Assembly (NCBI GenBank): GCA_963762145.1
Contig: CAVXJS010000013.1
Coordinates: forward strand, 82,772 to 146,771
Length of the DNA stretch: 64,000 nt
Direction of reading: 5' to 3'
Source: an uncultured Candidatus Rokubacteria bacterium
GTDB lineage: Bacteria > Methylomirabilota > Methylomirabilia > Rokubacteriales > CSP1-6
The notes under the pieces were generated by a model, which was not told where the DNA came from, ran no database searches, and saw nothing but the letters and a program-made list of their open reading frames with translations. Position 1 is the first letter of the stretch, and every line of letters begins with the position of its first letter. Below, piece by piece: positions 1-9,000 of this stretch. Made by a program: the position numbers and the translations under genes.

Positions 1-2
1 GG

Positions 3-830
3 GCCTTCATGTCGGTGGGAGCCTACACGGCGGCGAACCTGGCGACGCGGCTGGATTCGCCATGGCCGGTGAACCTGCTCGCCGGGGGTATCATGGCTGC
101 GCTGGTGGGGGCGGTGGTGGGCATCCCGTCCCTTCGCATCAAGGGGCTCTACCTGGCCATCGCCACCCTCGCGGGCCAGTTCATCATCGAGTGGATCATC
201 AACCACGTGACCTTCATCAGCGGCGGGGTGCAGGCCTCGATCGAGGTGGCCCGACCGAGAATTTTCGGCATGGTGCTCGACTCCCAGCGGGACATGTACT
301 ACTTTCTGCTGTTCTTCGTGGTGCTGGCGACCATCGGCACCATGAACCTGGTGCGGTCGCGGGTGGGCCGCGCCTTCATCGCGATCCGGGACCAGGACAT
401 CGCGGCCGAGATCATCGGGATCAACATCTTCCGGTACAAGCTGCTCGCGTTCGCGATCTCATCCTTCTACGCGGGCGCCAGCGGAGTGCTCTACACCTAC
501 TTCCTCGGGATCGCGAACTACGAGCAGTTCCAGCTCGGCGTGTCCATCGACTACCTGGCCATGATCATCATCGGGGGTCTGGGGTCGGTGCAAGGGTCCA
601 TCTTCGGCGCGTTCTTCATCACCCTGCTCCCCATCGTGATCCGGCGCACGATGGAAGCGTTCGGCGGGGTGTTCTTCGAGCCCCAAACCATCCTGAATCT
701 GATCCCCAATCTCCGCGTCATCCTCTTCGGCGTGCTGATCATCTTCTTCCTGATCGTGGAGCCGGAGGGCCTCAACCGCCTGTGGCGGAACATCCGGAAC
801 TACTTCCGCATCTGGCCATTCGCGTACTGA
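3..830 (+). CDS. Branched-chain amino acid-type ABC transporter permease (LivM-like), 5'-truncated by the window
   Basis: Hydrophobic protein with LRIKGLYLAIATL, GRAFIAIRD and IIGGLGS motifs; lies upstream of SBP and ATPase genes. Confidence 0.9.
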   Translation, partial: AFMSVGAYTAANLATRLDSPWPVNLLAGGIMAALVGAVVGIPSLRIKGLYLAIATLAGQFIIEWIINHVTFISGGVQASIEVARPRIFGMVLDSQRDMYYFLLFFVVLATIGTMNLVRSRVGRAFIAIRDQDIAAEIIGINIFRYKLLAFAISSFYAGASGVLYTYFLGIANYEQFQLGVSIDYLAMIIIGGLGSVQGSIFGAFFITLLPIVIRRTMEAFGGVFFEPQTILNLIPNLRVILFGVLIIFFLIVEPEGLNRLWRNIRNYFRIWPFAY

Positions 831-855
831 GGTACGCGATGAAAGGAGACCGCTC

Positions 856-2100
856 ATGAGACAGGTTCTGGCAATCGCAATCGCGCTGCTGCTGGGAGGG
901 ACCAGCCTGTTCGCGCCCGTCCCGTCGGTGGCCCAGTCGAAGGGCGAGGTCGTGATCGGGGTCCAGTGCGACCGCACCGGCGCGACCCAGATCGTGGGCA
1001 CCGTCCTGTGCCCTGGCTTCCACGACTACGTGGCCCTGGTGAACAGCAAGGGCGGCGTGGAGGGGTTCAAGATCAAGGCCCTGGAGGTCGATCACGAGTA
1101 CAAGGTGCCGCCCTCGATCGAATCGTACGAGCGCTTCAAGCAGGAGGGCGCGGTGTCCATCGCGGTCTACGGGACCCCGCACATCTACGCGCTGGCCGCC
1201 AAGCTGAACGAGGATCGGATCCCCGGGACGTCGCCGGGCTTCGGTAGCGCGGCCGCCGCCGACGGCACGCGGTATCCGTACATCTTCCCGATCGCCGCGA
1301 CCTACTGGTCGCAGGGCACCGCCGCGGTGGACTTCGTAAAGAAGGAGCTCGGCGGAAGCTTGAAGGGCAAGAAGATCGCCTATCTCTTCTACGACAATCC
1401 GGCGGGCCGTGAGCCGATCCAGGTGCTCGACGACCTGGCGCAGAGGGAGGGGTTCCAGATCAAGCACTTCGCGGTGCCGCCTCCCGGGGTCGAGATGGGC
1501 GCGCAGGTCCTCGACATCGCCCAGCGCTACCGCGCCGACTTCGTGATCAACCACCTCTTCGGCGGCGCGCCGGCGGTGGCGATTAAGGAGCTCAAGCGGA
1601 TCGGCTATCCGCTGCGGAAGATGGTCGGATTTGTGTGGGCCTCCGCCGAGGTCAACATCGAGGCCGCAGGCGGCTTCGCGGCCGCCGAGGGTTACTACAC
1701 GATGCAGTTTGCGGGGGTCGGCACCGACTTCCCGGTGCTGAACGAGATCCGCGAGATGTACAAGAAAGAGGGCAAGGCGGCGCCGAAGGAGATGGCCTCA
1801 ACGGTCTATTACAATCGCGGGGTGCTGATCGGAGCGCTGCACGTGGAGGCCATCCGCAACGCGTTGAAGGCGAAGGCGGGCGGCAAGATCACCGGGGTCG
1901 ACGTGAAGGCGGGCTTCGAGAAGATCTCCAACTTCACGCTCGGCGGCCTGGTGCCGCCGTTGAAGATCACCCCGACCGACCACGAGGGCGGCGGGCTCGT
2001 CCAGATCTGGCAGGTGAAGGGCGGCAAGTTCGTCAAGTCGACGGAGTGGTTCGCCGCCTACCCGGACGTGCTGGCCAAGCACATCAAGGAGCACAAGTAA
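856..2100 (+). CDS. ABC transporter substrate-binding protein (LivK/PBP type 1 fold)
   Basis: Signal peptide, DRTGAT and NSKGGVEG motifs, AAAGGAG RBS upstream. Confidence 0.9.
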   Translation: MRQVLAIAIALLLGGTSLFAPVPSVAQSKGEVVIGVQCDRTGATQIVGTVLCPGFHDYVALVNSKGGVEGFKIKALEVDHEYKVPPSIESYERFKQEGAVSIAVYGTPHIYALAAKLNEDRIPGTSPGFGSAAAADGTRYPYIFPIAATYWSQGTAAVDFVKKELGGSLKGKKIAYLFYDNPAGREPIQVLDDLAQREGFQIKHFAVPPPGVEMGAQVLDIAQRYRADFVINHLFGGAPAVAIKELKRIGYPLRKMVGFVWASAEVNIEAAGGFAAAEGYYTMQFAGVGTDFPVLNEIREMYKKEGKAAPKEMASTVYYNRGVLIGALHVEAIRNALKAKAGGKITGVDVKAGFEKISNFTLGGLVPPLKITPTDHEGGGLVQIWQVKGGKFVKSTEWFAAYPDVLAKHIKEHK

Positions 2101-2146
2101 TCGTCCAACCCCGGGCGCCCCGGCGCGTCGCGGAACGGAGGACCGA

Positions 2147-2175
2147 CACCGGAGGGGGCCCGGCCCCCTCCGGTG
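2147..2175. repeat. Intercistronic GC-rich hairpin (14-bp perfect inverted repeat)
   Basis: CACCGGAGGGGGCC-C-GGCCCCCTCCGGTG between the SBP and ATPase genes; no U-tract. Confidence 0.75.
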
Positions 2176-2185
2176 ACACAACGCC

Positions 2186-2980
2186 ATGCTGACCCTCAAC
2201 AACATCGAAGTGATCTACGACGGTGTCATCCTCGTGCTCAAGGGGGTGTCGCTGGAGGTCCGGGAAGGCGGGATCACCACGCTCCTCGGGGCCAACGGCG
2301 CCGGGAAGACCACGACCCTGAAGGCCATCTCCGGCCTGCTGCGGACCGAGCGCGGGGAGGTGACGAAGGGCACGATCGAGCTCGCGGGCCAGCGTCTCGA
2401 CCGCCTCGCCCCTCACGAGATGGTCCGGCGCGGGGTGGTGCAGGTCTTCGAGGGACGCCGGGTCTTCGAGCACCTGACGACCGAGGAGAACTTGATCGCG
2501 GGGGCGCACGTGCAGTCCGACCGCCAGCGCGTGGCTGGCGGGATCGAGCGGGTGTACCAGTACTTCCCGCGGTTGAAGGAGCGGCGCGCGGTGCAGGCAG
2601 GGTACCTCTCCGGCGGCGAGCAGCAGATGCTGGTCATCGGGCGCGCCCTCATGTCGGATCCGCGGGTGATCCTGCTCGACGAGCCGTCGCTCGGGCTGGC
2701 CCCGATGCTGGTCGAGGAGATCTTCGTGATCGTGCAGCGGCTCAATCGCGAGCAGAAGCTGACCGTGCTCCTGGTGGAGCAGAACGCCACCATGGCCCTC
2801 GGCATCGCCGAGCACGGCTACGTGATGGAGAACGGCCGGATCGTCCTGGAGGGTGCGGGGGAAGCGCTGCGCGCGAACGCGGATATCAAGGAGTTCTACC
2901 TCGGCCTCACCGAGGTGGGAGCCCGGAAGTCCTACCGGGACGTGAAGCACTACAAGCGGCGCAAGCGGTGGCTGAGCTGA
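2186..2980 (+). CDS. ABC transporter ATP-binding protein (LivF-like)
   Basis: Walker A GANGAGKTT, signature LSGGEQQM, Walker B ILLDEP. Confidence 0.95.
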   Translation: MLTLNNIEVIYDGVILVLKGVSLEVREGGITTLLGANGAGKTTTLKAISGLLRTERGEVTKGTIELAGQRLDRLAPHEMVRRGVVQVFEGRRVFEHLTTEENLIAGAHVQSDRQRVAGGIERVYQYFPRLKERRAVQAGYLSGGEQQMLVIGRALMSDPRVILLDEPSLGLAPMLVEEIFVIVQRLNREQKLTVLLVEQNATMALGIAEHGYVMENGRIVLEGAGEALRANADIKEFYLGLTEVGARKSYRDVKHYKRRKRWLS

Positions 2981-4485
2981 GCGTTCACACCTTCACCGTC
3001 TACGACATGATCGCGCGGGCCGCCGCAGTTCACGGCGACGCGCCCGCGGTCATCCAGGGCGAGCGCGCGCTGTCGTTCCGGGCGCTCCAGGGGCGGGTGG
3101 ACGAGCTGGCCACCGGGCTCGCCGGCCGGGGGCTCGCGGCGGGCGACCGGATCTGCGTGCTCGCCCAGAACGACACCGCCTACCTCGAGCTCTACGGGGC
3201 CTGCGCGCGCCAGGGCCTCACCGCCTATCCGATCAACTGGCGGCTCAGCGCCCAGGAGGTGGAGCGGGTGGTGGAGCGGGCCCGGCCCGCGATGATGGTG
3301 GTGGACGCCTCGACCCAGGCCCTGGTCGGCGACTGGCTCGGGGCCGCGGGCGTGACGCATCGCTATCAGCTCGGCGAGGGAGCCGACGCCGGCTTCACGC
3401 CGCTCGAGGGCCTCTACCGCAAGGGCCCGGCCCCTGATCCCGCGGACGTGCCCGCCGATGCCCCGTTCGCGGTGATCTCGACCGCGGCGGTGGACGTGGT
3501 GCCCCGCGGGGCGGTGCTGACCCACGCGAACGTGATCGCGGCCAATCTCAGCACGATCGGCTGCCTCGGCTTCACCGCGCGCGACCGCTACCTGGTCGGC
3601 CTGCCGCTCTTCCATGTGAGCGCGCTGATCATGGCCATGGCCCACCTGCACGCGGGGGGTGCCAACGTCATCGTGTCGCGCTTCGAGCCGACGGAAGCGG
3701 TGGCGCTCATCGACCGCCACCGGGTGACCCACGTGTCGAATTTCCCCCCGGTGCTGGCGAGCCTGCTCGACGCGGCCGAGAAGGCGGGCAGCGCGCTCCC
3801 GAGCCTGACCCACGTCTCCGGCCTCGACGCGCCCCAGACCATCCAGCGCCTGCACGAGAGAACGAAGGCGCAGTTCTGGACCGGCTTCGGCCAGTCCGAG
3901 ACCAGTGGGTTCGTGACGCTCCAGCGGGTGACCGACCGGCCCGGCGCCTCCGGGCGGCCGGTGCCCGCCGCCCTGATCCGGCTCGTGGACGACTACGACC
4001 GCGAGGTGCCCGTCGGCACGCCGGGGGAGATCGTCGTGCGGGGCCCGCTGGTCTTCCAGGGCTACTTCGGCCAGCCGGACGTCACCGCGTACACTTTCCG
4101 CAGCGGCTGGCACCACACGGGCGACGTGGGCCGCTTCGACGCCGATGGGTACCTGCACTACGTCAAGCGCAAGCCGGAGAAGGAGCTGATCAAGCCGGGC
4201 GGCGAGAACGTGTACCCGGCGGAGGTCGAGGCGGTGATCATGCAGATGGCCGGCGTGACCGGCGTCTGCGTCTACGGCATCCCCGACGCCCGGTGGGGTG
4301 AGGCGGTCAAGGCGGTGGTGGAGGTGGCCGCGCCGGGGACGCACACCGCGCAGCAGGTGACCGACTTCGTGGGCGGCAAGATCGCTCGCTTCAAGCGGCC
4401 GCACGTGGTGGCGTTCTGCGAAGCCCTGCCGCGCACCGCGGAGGGGGCGATCGACCGCGACGGGGTGAAGGCACGCTGGTCGTGA
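2977..4485 (+). CDS. AMP-binding (acyl-CoA synthetase-like) protein with a degenerate P-loop
   Basis: LPLFH, FGQSET, GWHHTGD and GGENVYPAEVE motifs; start is either CTG 2977 (overlapping the upstream TGA) or ATG 3007. Confidence 0.85.
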   Translation: MSVHTFTVYDMIARAAAVHGDAPAVIQGERALSFRALQGRVDELATGLAGRGLAAGDRICVLAQNDTAYLELYGACARQGLTAYPINWRLSAQEVERVVERARPAMMVVDASTQALVGDWLGAAGVTHRYQLGEGADAGFTPLEGLYRKGPAPDPADVPADAPFAVISTAAVDVVPRGAVLTHANVIAANLSTIGCLGFTARDRYLVGLPLFHVSALIMAMAHLHAGGANVIVSRFEPTEAVALIDRHRVTHVSNFPPVLASLLDAAEKAGSALPSLTHVSGLDAPQTIQRLHERTKAQFWTGFGQSETSGFVTLQRVTDRPGASGRPVPAALIRLVDDYDREVPVGTPGEIVVRGPLVFQGYFGQPDVTAYTFRSGWHHTGDVGRFDADGYLHYVKRKPEKELIKPGGENVYPAEVEAVIMQMAGVTGVCVYGIPDARWGEAVKAVVEVAAPGTHTAQQVTDFVGGKIARFKRPHVVAFCEALPRTAEGAIDRDGVKARWS

Positions 4486-5639
4486 AGATCTTCGACGAGC
4501 ACCACGAGATGTTCCGGCAGGCGGTGCGCGCCTTCGTGCAGAAGGAAGTGGAGCCGCACGTCGAGGCGTGGGAGGAGGCCGGGGAGATCCCGAAGTCCAT
4601 CTGGCCGCGGATGGGCGCGCTCGGCTTCCTCGGCGTGGAGTACGACGAGAAGTACGGCGGCGCCGGCGCCGACGTGCTCACCACCGCGGTGCTGTGCGAG
4701 GAGATGGCCCGAGCCCGCTGCGCCTCGCTCGCGATGGCGGTCGGGGTGCACACCGATATGGCCTCCCCGCACCTGTACTGGACGGGCAGCGAGGCCCTCA
4801 AGGAGAAGTATCTGCCCGCGATCTGCCGCGGCGAGGCCCTCACCGCGATCGCGGTGACCGAGCCCGGCGGCGGCTCCGACGTGGCCGCCATCCGGACGCG
4901 CGCGGTCCGTGACGGCGACCACTACGTGCTCGACGGCTCCAAGATGTTCATCACCAACGGAGTGCTGGCGGATCTCTACTTCGTGGCCGCCCGGATCCAG
5001 GACTCCTCGCCGAGGGGGGAAGGGGGGCGCCACCGGGGGATCTCGATGTTCCTGGTGGAGCGCAACACGCCCGGGTTCACGGTGAGCCGGAAGCTCGACA
5101 AGATGGGCAACCGCGCCTCCGACACCGCCGAGCTCGCCTTCGAGGGTATGCGGGTGCCCGCCGGGAACCTCCTGGGCACCGAGGGCAAGGGGTTCTACGA
5201 GGTCATGCGCGTGTTCCAGCGGGAGCGCCTGGTGGCGGGCCTGCACGCGGTGGCCGGCTGCGAGCGGGCGCTGGAGGACACCATCGCCTACGTCCAGCAG
5301 CGCCACGCCTTCGACGAGCCCCTCGCGAAGAAGCAGGTGGTGCGGCACAAGCTGGCCGACCTCGCCACCCTCATCGAGGCCGGCCGCTGGCTCACCTACG
5401 CGGCGTGCCTGAAGTTCCGCGACCGGGAGGAGGCGGTGAAGGAGATCTCGATGGTGAAGCTCTTCACCGCCGAGATGGCCCAGAAGGTCGCCTACGACTG
5501 CGTGCAGCTGCACGGCGGGTACGGCTACATGCGCGAGTACCCCATCGAGCGCTTCTTCCGGGACATCCGCCTGATGACCATCGGCGGCGGGACCTCCGAG
5601 ATCATGAAGGAGATCATCGCCAAGCAGATGGCGTTATGA
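4482..5639 (+). CDS. Acyl-CoA dehydrogenase
   Basis: AVTEPGGGSD, GSKMFITNG, QLHGGYGY and IGGGTSEIM motifs. Confidence 0.95.
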   Translation: MKIFDEHHEMFRQAVRAFVQKEVEPHVEAWEEAGEIPKSIWPRMGALGFLGVEYDEKYGGAGADVLTTAVLCEEMARARCASLAMAVGVHTDMASPHLYWTGSEALKEKYLPAICRGEALTAIAVTEPGGGSDVAAIRTRAVRDGDHYVLDGSKMFITNGVLADLYFVAARIQDSSPRGEGGRHRGISMFLVERNTPGFTVSRKLDKMGNRASDTAELAFEGMRVPAGNLLGTEGKGFYEVMRVFQRERLVAGLHAVAGCERALEDTIAYVQQRHAFDEPLAKKQVVRHKLADLATLIEAGRWLTYAACLKFRDREEAVKEISMVKLFTAEMAQKVAYDCVQLHGGYGYMREYPIERFFRDIRLMTIGGGTSEIMKEIIAKQMAL

Positions 5640-6499
5640 GCGCGGTGGACTTCGTCGCGATCGGCCACGTCACGCTCGATCAGACCGCGCACGGCACCCG
5701 GCCCGGCGGGGCGGCCTACTACACCGCGATGACCGCCCACCGCCTGGGCCTGTCGGTGGGATTGCTCACCTCCTTCGGCCCGGACTTCCCGGCCGACGCG
5801 ATCCCGCCGGACGTCGAGGTGGTCAACGTCGCGGCCCAGCAGACCACCACGTTCCGGATCGGGAGACCCCGGCCCGGCCAGGACCCGCGGCGGCGCGAGC
5901 TCGCGGTGCTGGCGCGGGCGCTGGATCTCGAGGCCGACGCGCTGCCCGAGGCGTGGCGGGACGCGACGCTGGGGGCCCTGGCCCCCGTGACCGGCGAGGT
6001 GGACCCCGCCTTCGCGGTCGCGTTCCCGGAGACCTCGCTGGTGGCGCTGCCGCAGGGCTGGATGCGCCAGCGCGGCAAGGGGGGCGTGCTCGCGCCCCAG
6101 CCGTGGGAGGACGCCGACCTGGTCCTGCCGCGGGTGCAGGCGCTGGTGGTCAGCCACGAGGACGTGGAGCCCTTCGAGAAGGACGCGCTGGAATGGTTCC
6201 AGCAGGTGCCGGTCGGCGCGGTCACCCGCGGGGCCGACGGGGCGGTCCTCTTCGTCAACGGCGAGCGGTACGGCGTCGAGCCGGACGTCGCGGTCGAGCG
6301 GGACGCCACCGGCGCGGGCGACGTCTTCGCGGCCGCGCTGCTCATCGCCTACCACCGGGACGGCAACGCGTGGGACGCCGCCTCGATCGCCGCGTGCTGC
6401 GCCGCGGCCTCGGTGGAGGCGGAAGGCGTCGCGGGCGTCCCCGAACGCGCCGCGCTCGAGGCCCGGCTCGCCGCCTACCGCCGGCGCCTCGGCATCTGA
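5636..6499 (+). CDS. PfkB-family carbohydrate kinase
   Basis: PGGAAYY N-terminal motif and DATGAGDVF C-terminal motif; ATGA overlap with the upstream gene. Confidence 0.85.
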   Translation: MSAVDFVAIGHVTLDQTAHGTRPGGAAYYTAMTAHRLGLSVGLLTSFGPDFPADAIPPDVEVVNVAAQQTTTFRIGRPRPGQDPRRRELAVLARALDLEADALPEAWRDATLGALAPVTGEVDPAFAVAFPETSLVALPQGWMRQRGKGGVLAPQPWEDADLVLPRVQALVVSHEDVEPFEKDALEWFQQVPVGAVTRGADGAVLFVNGERYGVEPDVAVERDATGAGDVFAAALLIAYHRDGNAWDAASIAACCAAASVEAEGVAGVPERAALEARLAAYRRRLGI

Positions 6500-6507
6500 G
6501 CCGGGCA

Positions 6508-6540
6508 TTGCCCGGACCGGCCATTTTGGCTAAAATGGCC
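6508..6540 (+). promoter_or_regulatory. Sigma70 promoter with an overlapping palindromic operator for the TA-like pair
   Basis: TTGCCC-17-TAAAAT; inverted repeat GGCCATTTT-ggct-AAAATGGCC (6519-6540) covers the -10. Confidence 0.7.
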
Positions 6541-6558
6541 GTAACGAGGGAGGAGCCC

Positions 6559-6948
6559 ATGGCCAGGCGCCGGACCGCGGTCAGCAAGGGGGGCGCGACG
6601 CGCCCACCCGCCTTTCGCAACCGACGAGGCGAGCAGGTCGAGCCCCGGTCGTTCTCGGCCAGCGACGCGAAGAACCAGTTCGGACGGGTGCTCGAGACCG
6701 CGCTCGCGGACGGGGTCGTGATGATCACCAAGCACGACGCGGTCCGAGCGGTGCTCGTCTCGGCGGAGGAGTTCGCCGCGCTCACCGGCGCGCGCGAGCC
6801 CGCCCTGGACACGCTCAGCCGCGAGTTCGATCGGATGCTGGCCCGCATGCAGACGCCGAAGAGCCGCGCCGGGATGAAGAGCGCCTTCGAGGCGACCCCG
6901 AAGCAGCTCGGGCAGGCGGCGGTGGAGGGCGCGCGGCGGCGTGCCTGA
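6559..6948 (+). CDS. Phd/YefM-family antitoxin
   Basis: SASDAKNQFGRVLE...VMITKH...AVLVS Phd signature; GGAGGAG RBS. Confidence 0.85.
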   Translation: MARRRTAVSKGGATRPPAFRNRRGEQVEPRSFSASDAKNQFGRVLETALADGVVMITKHDAVRAVLVSAEEFAALTGAREPALDTLSREFDRMLARMQTPKSRAGMKSAFEATPKQLGQAAVEGARRRA

Positions 6949-7579
6949 TCGCCCGCGCGCCCCCCGCATCTACGTTCTCGCGGGGACCAACGGCGCGGGC
7001 AAGAGCAGCATCGCCGGCGCCATGCTGCTCGGGCGGCGGGTGGAGTACTTCAACCCGGACGAGGCCGCGCGCCGGATCCTCGCCGCCAATCCCGGGGCCA
7101 GCCAGACGCAGGCGAACAGCGCGGCGTGGCTAGAGGGCCGGCGCCTCCTGGAGCGGGCGATCGCCGAGCGGCTCGATTTCGCCTTCGAGACCACGCTGGG
7201 CGGGCGCACGATCACGGGCCTGCTCGAGCGCGCGGCCGCGCGGGGCATCGAGGTGCGCGTCTGGTACGTCGGGCTCTCCAGCCCGGATCTGCACGTCGCG
7301 CGCGTGCGGGCCCGGGTCGCGAAGGGCGGCCACGACATTCCGGAGTCACGGATCCGCGAGCGGTACGACGCGAGCCGGCTCAACCTCATCCGGCTGCTCC
7401 CGAGCCTCCACGAGCTGCGGGTCTACGACAATAGCGTGGAGGCGGATCCGGACGCCGGGGTGGCGCCCGAGCCGAGGCTGGTTCTGCATCTTCGCCGCGG
7501 GACGATCGTGGGCCCGCGCGACGTGAGCCTCACGCCGGCGTGGGCGAAGGCGATCGTCGCCGCCGCCATGAAGGTGTGA
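6941..7579 (+). CDS. Zeta-toxin-like/predicted ABC-type P-loop ATPase (COG4185-like)
   Basis: LAGTNGAGKSS Walker A, FAFETTL, RVAKGGHDIPE and YDNS; overlaps the antitoxin. Confidence 0.85.
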   Translation: MPDRPRAPRIYVLAGTNGAGKSSIAGAMLLGRRVEYFNPDEAARRILAANPGASQTQANSAAWLEGRRLLERAIAERLDFAFETTLGGRTITGLLERAAARGIEVRVWYVGLSSPDLHVARVRARVAKGGHDIPESRIRERYDASRLNLIRLLPSLHELRVYDNSVEADPDAGVAPEPRLVLHLRRGTIVGPRDVSLTPAWAKAIVAAAMKV

Positions 7580-7646
7580 GGCGGGCTTGAACCTTGCCGC
7601 CGACCGGAGCCGGGGCTACACTTCGGAGCGGGCGGACGAATCAACA

Positions 7647-8021
7647 ATGGCGGAGAGGAAAATCCGGATCACCGCGGGCCGCGTCACGGCCGACGCGGTG
7701 CTCAACGGCTCGAAGACGGCGGCGGCGATCTGGGACGCGCTGCCGCTCGACATCCCCGGTGAGACCTGGGGCGACGAGATCTACTTCGGCATTCCAGTGA
7801 AGGCCAAGGCGGAGGACGTTCGCGAGGTGGTGGACATGGGCGATCTGGCCTACTGGCCTCCCGGCTCCGCGTTCTGCATCTTCTTCGGCCCGACGCCGTC
7901 GAGCCGGGGCGACGAGATCCGGCCGGCGAGCCCGGTCAACGTGTTCGGTCGTGTGCTGGGTGATCCCACCGTGTTCAAGTCGGTGCGCTCCGGGACCAAG
8001 GTCCGCGTCGAGCGCGCCTGA
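7647..8021 (+). CDS. Cyclophilin-like fold protein (DUF369/TM1367-like)
   Basis: [22 protein letters not shown] and PASPVNVFG motifs. Confidence 0.8.
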   Translation: MAERKIRITAGRVTADAVLNGSKTAAAIWDALPLDIPGETWGDEIYFGIPVKAKAEDVREVVDMGDLAYWPPGSAFCIFFGPTPSSRGDEIRPASPVNVFGRVLGDPTVFKSVRSGTKVRVERA

Positions 8022-8034
8022 CAGGGAGGACTGG

Positions 8035-8685
8035 ATGAAGATCTTTCTGGATAGCGCGAACGTGGCCGAGCTGCGGGAGGGCGTTGCGATGGGCCTGGTG
8101 GACGGCTGCACGACCAATCCCTCGCTGATCGCCAAGGAGAAGCGGCCGTTCCGCCCCCTGGTCGAGGAGATCTGCCGGACGGTCCCCGGCGACGTGAGCC
8201 TCGAGGTGGTGGCCACCGACTTCGACGGCATGGTGAAGGAAGGCAAGGAGCTGGTGCAGGTGGCGCCCAACGTGGTGGTCAAGTGCCCGCTCACGAAGGA
8301 CGGGCTCAAGGCGGTGAAGTACCTGACCGGCGAGGGCATCCGCGTCAACCAGACCCTCTGCTTCTCGGCCCCGCAGGCCCTGCTCTCCGCCAAGGCGGGC
8401 GCGGTCTACATCAGCCCGTTCCTGGGGCGGCTCGACGACATCGGCCACGTGGGCATGGACCTGATCCGGGACATCTGCGAGATCTACCGCAACTACGGTT
8501 TCAAGACCCAGGTGCTGGCGGCCTCGATCCGCAACCCGCTCCACGTCATCGACGCCGCCAAGGCGGGCGCCCATGTGGCCACCATGCCCTTCAACGTGCT
8601 CGAGATGCTGATGAAGCACCCCCTCACCGACATCGGCCTCAAGAAGTTCCTCGACGACTGGAACAAGCTCGGCGAGAAGATCTAG
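8035..8685 (+). CDS. fsa: Transaldolase / fructose-6-phosphate aldolase
   Basis: [36 protein letters not shown] and HPLTD motifs. Confidence 0.92.
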   Translation: MKIFLDSANVAELREGVAMGLVDGCTTNPSLIAKEKRPFRPLVEEICRTVPGDVSLEVVATDFDGMVKEGKELVQVAPNVVVKCPLTKDGLKAVKYLTGEGIRVNQTLCFSAPQALLSAKAGAVYISPFLGRLDDIGHVGMDLIRDICEIYRNYGFKTQVLAASIRNPLHVIDAAKAGAHVATMPFNVLEMLMKHPLTDIGLKKFLDDWNKLGEKI

Positions 8686-8694
8686 CCCTGTTCT

Positions 8695-8726
8695 CCCTCT
8701 CCCCCCTGGGGAGAGGGCAGGGTGAG
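8695..8726 (+). repeat. REP-like palindromic repeat, single unit
   Basis: CCCTCTCCCC-cct-GGGGAGAGGG-CAGGGTGAG; same unit found at 12420, 35259, 57281 and 58870. Confidence 0.85.
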
Positions 8727-9000
8727 AGGCGGTCTGCTGGGACGAGCTATTCATCGCGTACTCGGACTCTTTCGACCACCTCGCCACTTTCCACTTGACA
8801 AGGTCTCACCGGCGGCCTCCCCGGGCGTCGCGTCCGCGGAAGGAATGCCGACGCAGCGTCACGAGTGCGCCCCGTGATCCGCGATCGCGGCACCGGCGAC
8901 GAGCAATCATGGCACGTTCCGCCTTCTCGCAACGTGGGCGGTTCCAGGAGCCGCCGAATCCCGGGGTTAGAGTCATCCCAGCAGAAAAGGGGGACTCGCC

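Noticed and set aside
5002-5030. Second in-frame REP remnant in the acyl-CoA dehydrogenase (DSSPRGEGG)
   Set aside because: Resemblance is short and degenerate in a naturally variable loop; not supportable without an alignment
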